DNA from: Chlamydiales bacterium
GTDB taxonomy: Bacteria; Chlamydiota; Chlamydiia; Chlamydiales; JAAZZY01
NCBI GenBank assembly: GCA_965206695.1
Contig: CBDBKM010000010.1
Location: forward strand, 320,001-384,000
Length of the DNA stretch: 64,000 nucleotides
Reading direction: 5' to 3'
Both the position numbers and the translations under genes were made by a program. The first letter of the stretch is position 1. Each line of letters starts with the position of its first letter. This document shows, piece after piece, positions 63,271 through 64,000 of the stretch. Below the pieces are notes generated by a model. The model was not told the DNA's origin, did not search any database, and was given only the letters and a program-made list of their open reading frames with translations.

Positions 63271-64000
63271 GAGAAATTAAAGACGCGATTTTTTTATTAA
63301 GCTCATCGGAATCAAGAAGCTCTTCGACTGATGGTTTTATACGATAGGTCCAGTTAAGGTCCGAGACAGTGCCCGGTCTATTTATTCTTTCATCATCCGG
63401 TTCATCATGAATAAGAGTTGGTATGAGAGCGAGATATTCATGTAAAAGGTTAATATGAAAGGCGCTATCTGTAAGGTGAGAGTCTTTAAGAATCTCAAAT
63501 CTCTTTTCAAGATCGAGCCCTTTCTGATACGTCCATTTTTTATAATCGGCGTATTTCTTAGCTTCTTCAGGATAGAGATCCCACCATTGGGCAAGCGTCT
63601 CAGAGTCATGGGTAGATACGCACGTCATACTGATGCGCGGATAATCTTCTAAAGGTATTGCCTGACCGTCTTGTGTTGTCTCCCAGCGCATTACCTTGGT
63701 TCCACAGATACCTAAGCCTTTTAAACAGTCTCTTATTGATTGTGGGATGATGGCTAAATCTTCACCGATAGGAAGCATACGAGAATTTTTTAAAAGCATA
63801 GAAAGAAGCTTATAACCATGCTTTATCCAAGTAGAGGTATCTGCCGGTGAGAAATAACCTTCTTTAGCACTTTTATTTAATGGAATGGACCATACCCGAA
63901 AAAATCCGACGACATGATCAAGTCGATACATATGATAGTAGTTGGTAGCTATAGTAAGACGATCCTCCCACCAACTATAATCAGATTTTTCTAACTCTTT
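63251..64000 (-). CDS. malQ: 4-alpha-glucanotransferase, C-terminal part
   Basis: YRLDHVVGFFR, IGEDL, STHDS and RINRPGT..NWTYR motifs; runs off the window. Confidence 0.92.
   Translation of the reverse strand, partial: KELEKSDYSWWEDRLTIATNYYHMYRLDHVVGFFRVWSIPLNKSAKEGYFSPADTSTWIKHGYKLLSMLLKNSRMLPIGEDLAIIPQSIRDCLKGLGICGTKVMRWETTQDGQAIPLEDYPRISMTCVSTHDSETLAQWWDLYPEEAKKYADYKKWTYQKGLDLEKRFEILKDSHLTDSAFHINLLHEYLALIPTLIHDEPDDERINRPGTVSDLNWTYRIKPSVEELLDSDELNKKIASLISLDSSLS

Noticed and set aside
5877..63652. Many short antisense or overlapping ORFs inside tnpB, the ATPase, polA, parA, NAGPA, malQ and IS genes
   Set aside because: Shadow ORFs of well-supported genes.

Overview
AT-rich chromosomal window from an environmental member of the phylum Chlamydiota. 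This is inferred from the tkt-hemE-hemG block, an NTT nucleotide transporter, the truA-ispD region and pGP7/8-type integrases. Core genes occupy about 1-6.3 kb, 31.5-38.1 kb, 48.7-50.1 kb and 53.7-64 kb. Between them lie two IS-riddled accessory regions carrying four IS630 types, three IS5-type elements, IS982 and two TnpB families. Two systems stand out. (1) A minus-strand RiPP operon at 42.3-45.7 kb: a 61-aa precursor ending WSNNA-WSNNI-WDKVF, a radical SAM/SPASM maturase resembling the triceptide (XyeB-type) enzymes, and a membrane-anchored two-domain retropepsin protease. The maturase is split by a clean IS630 insertion and rejoins to a 391-aa ORF. The core resembles the BamA-binding antibiotics darobactin, dynobactin and xenorceptide. 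(2) An integrated plasmid-like element at about 15.9-29.1 kb. It encodes a 937-aa Zn-finger/TOPRIM primase-3'5' exonuclease-family A DNA polymerase fusion, an SF4/AAA_25 helicase, ParA, HigBA, and two chlamydial-plasmid-type tyrosine recombinases, each preceded by an ATAA-N6-TTAT dif-like site. A CCCCCAC iteron-like cluster lies nearby. The host DNA is strongly CCGG-enriched, and the core of this element lacks CCGG. All family assignments come from motif recognition by eye; no database searches were run.
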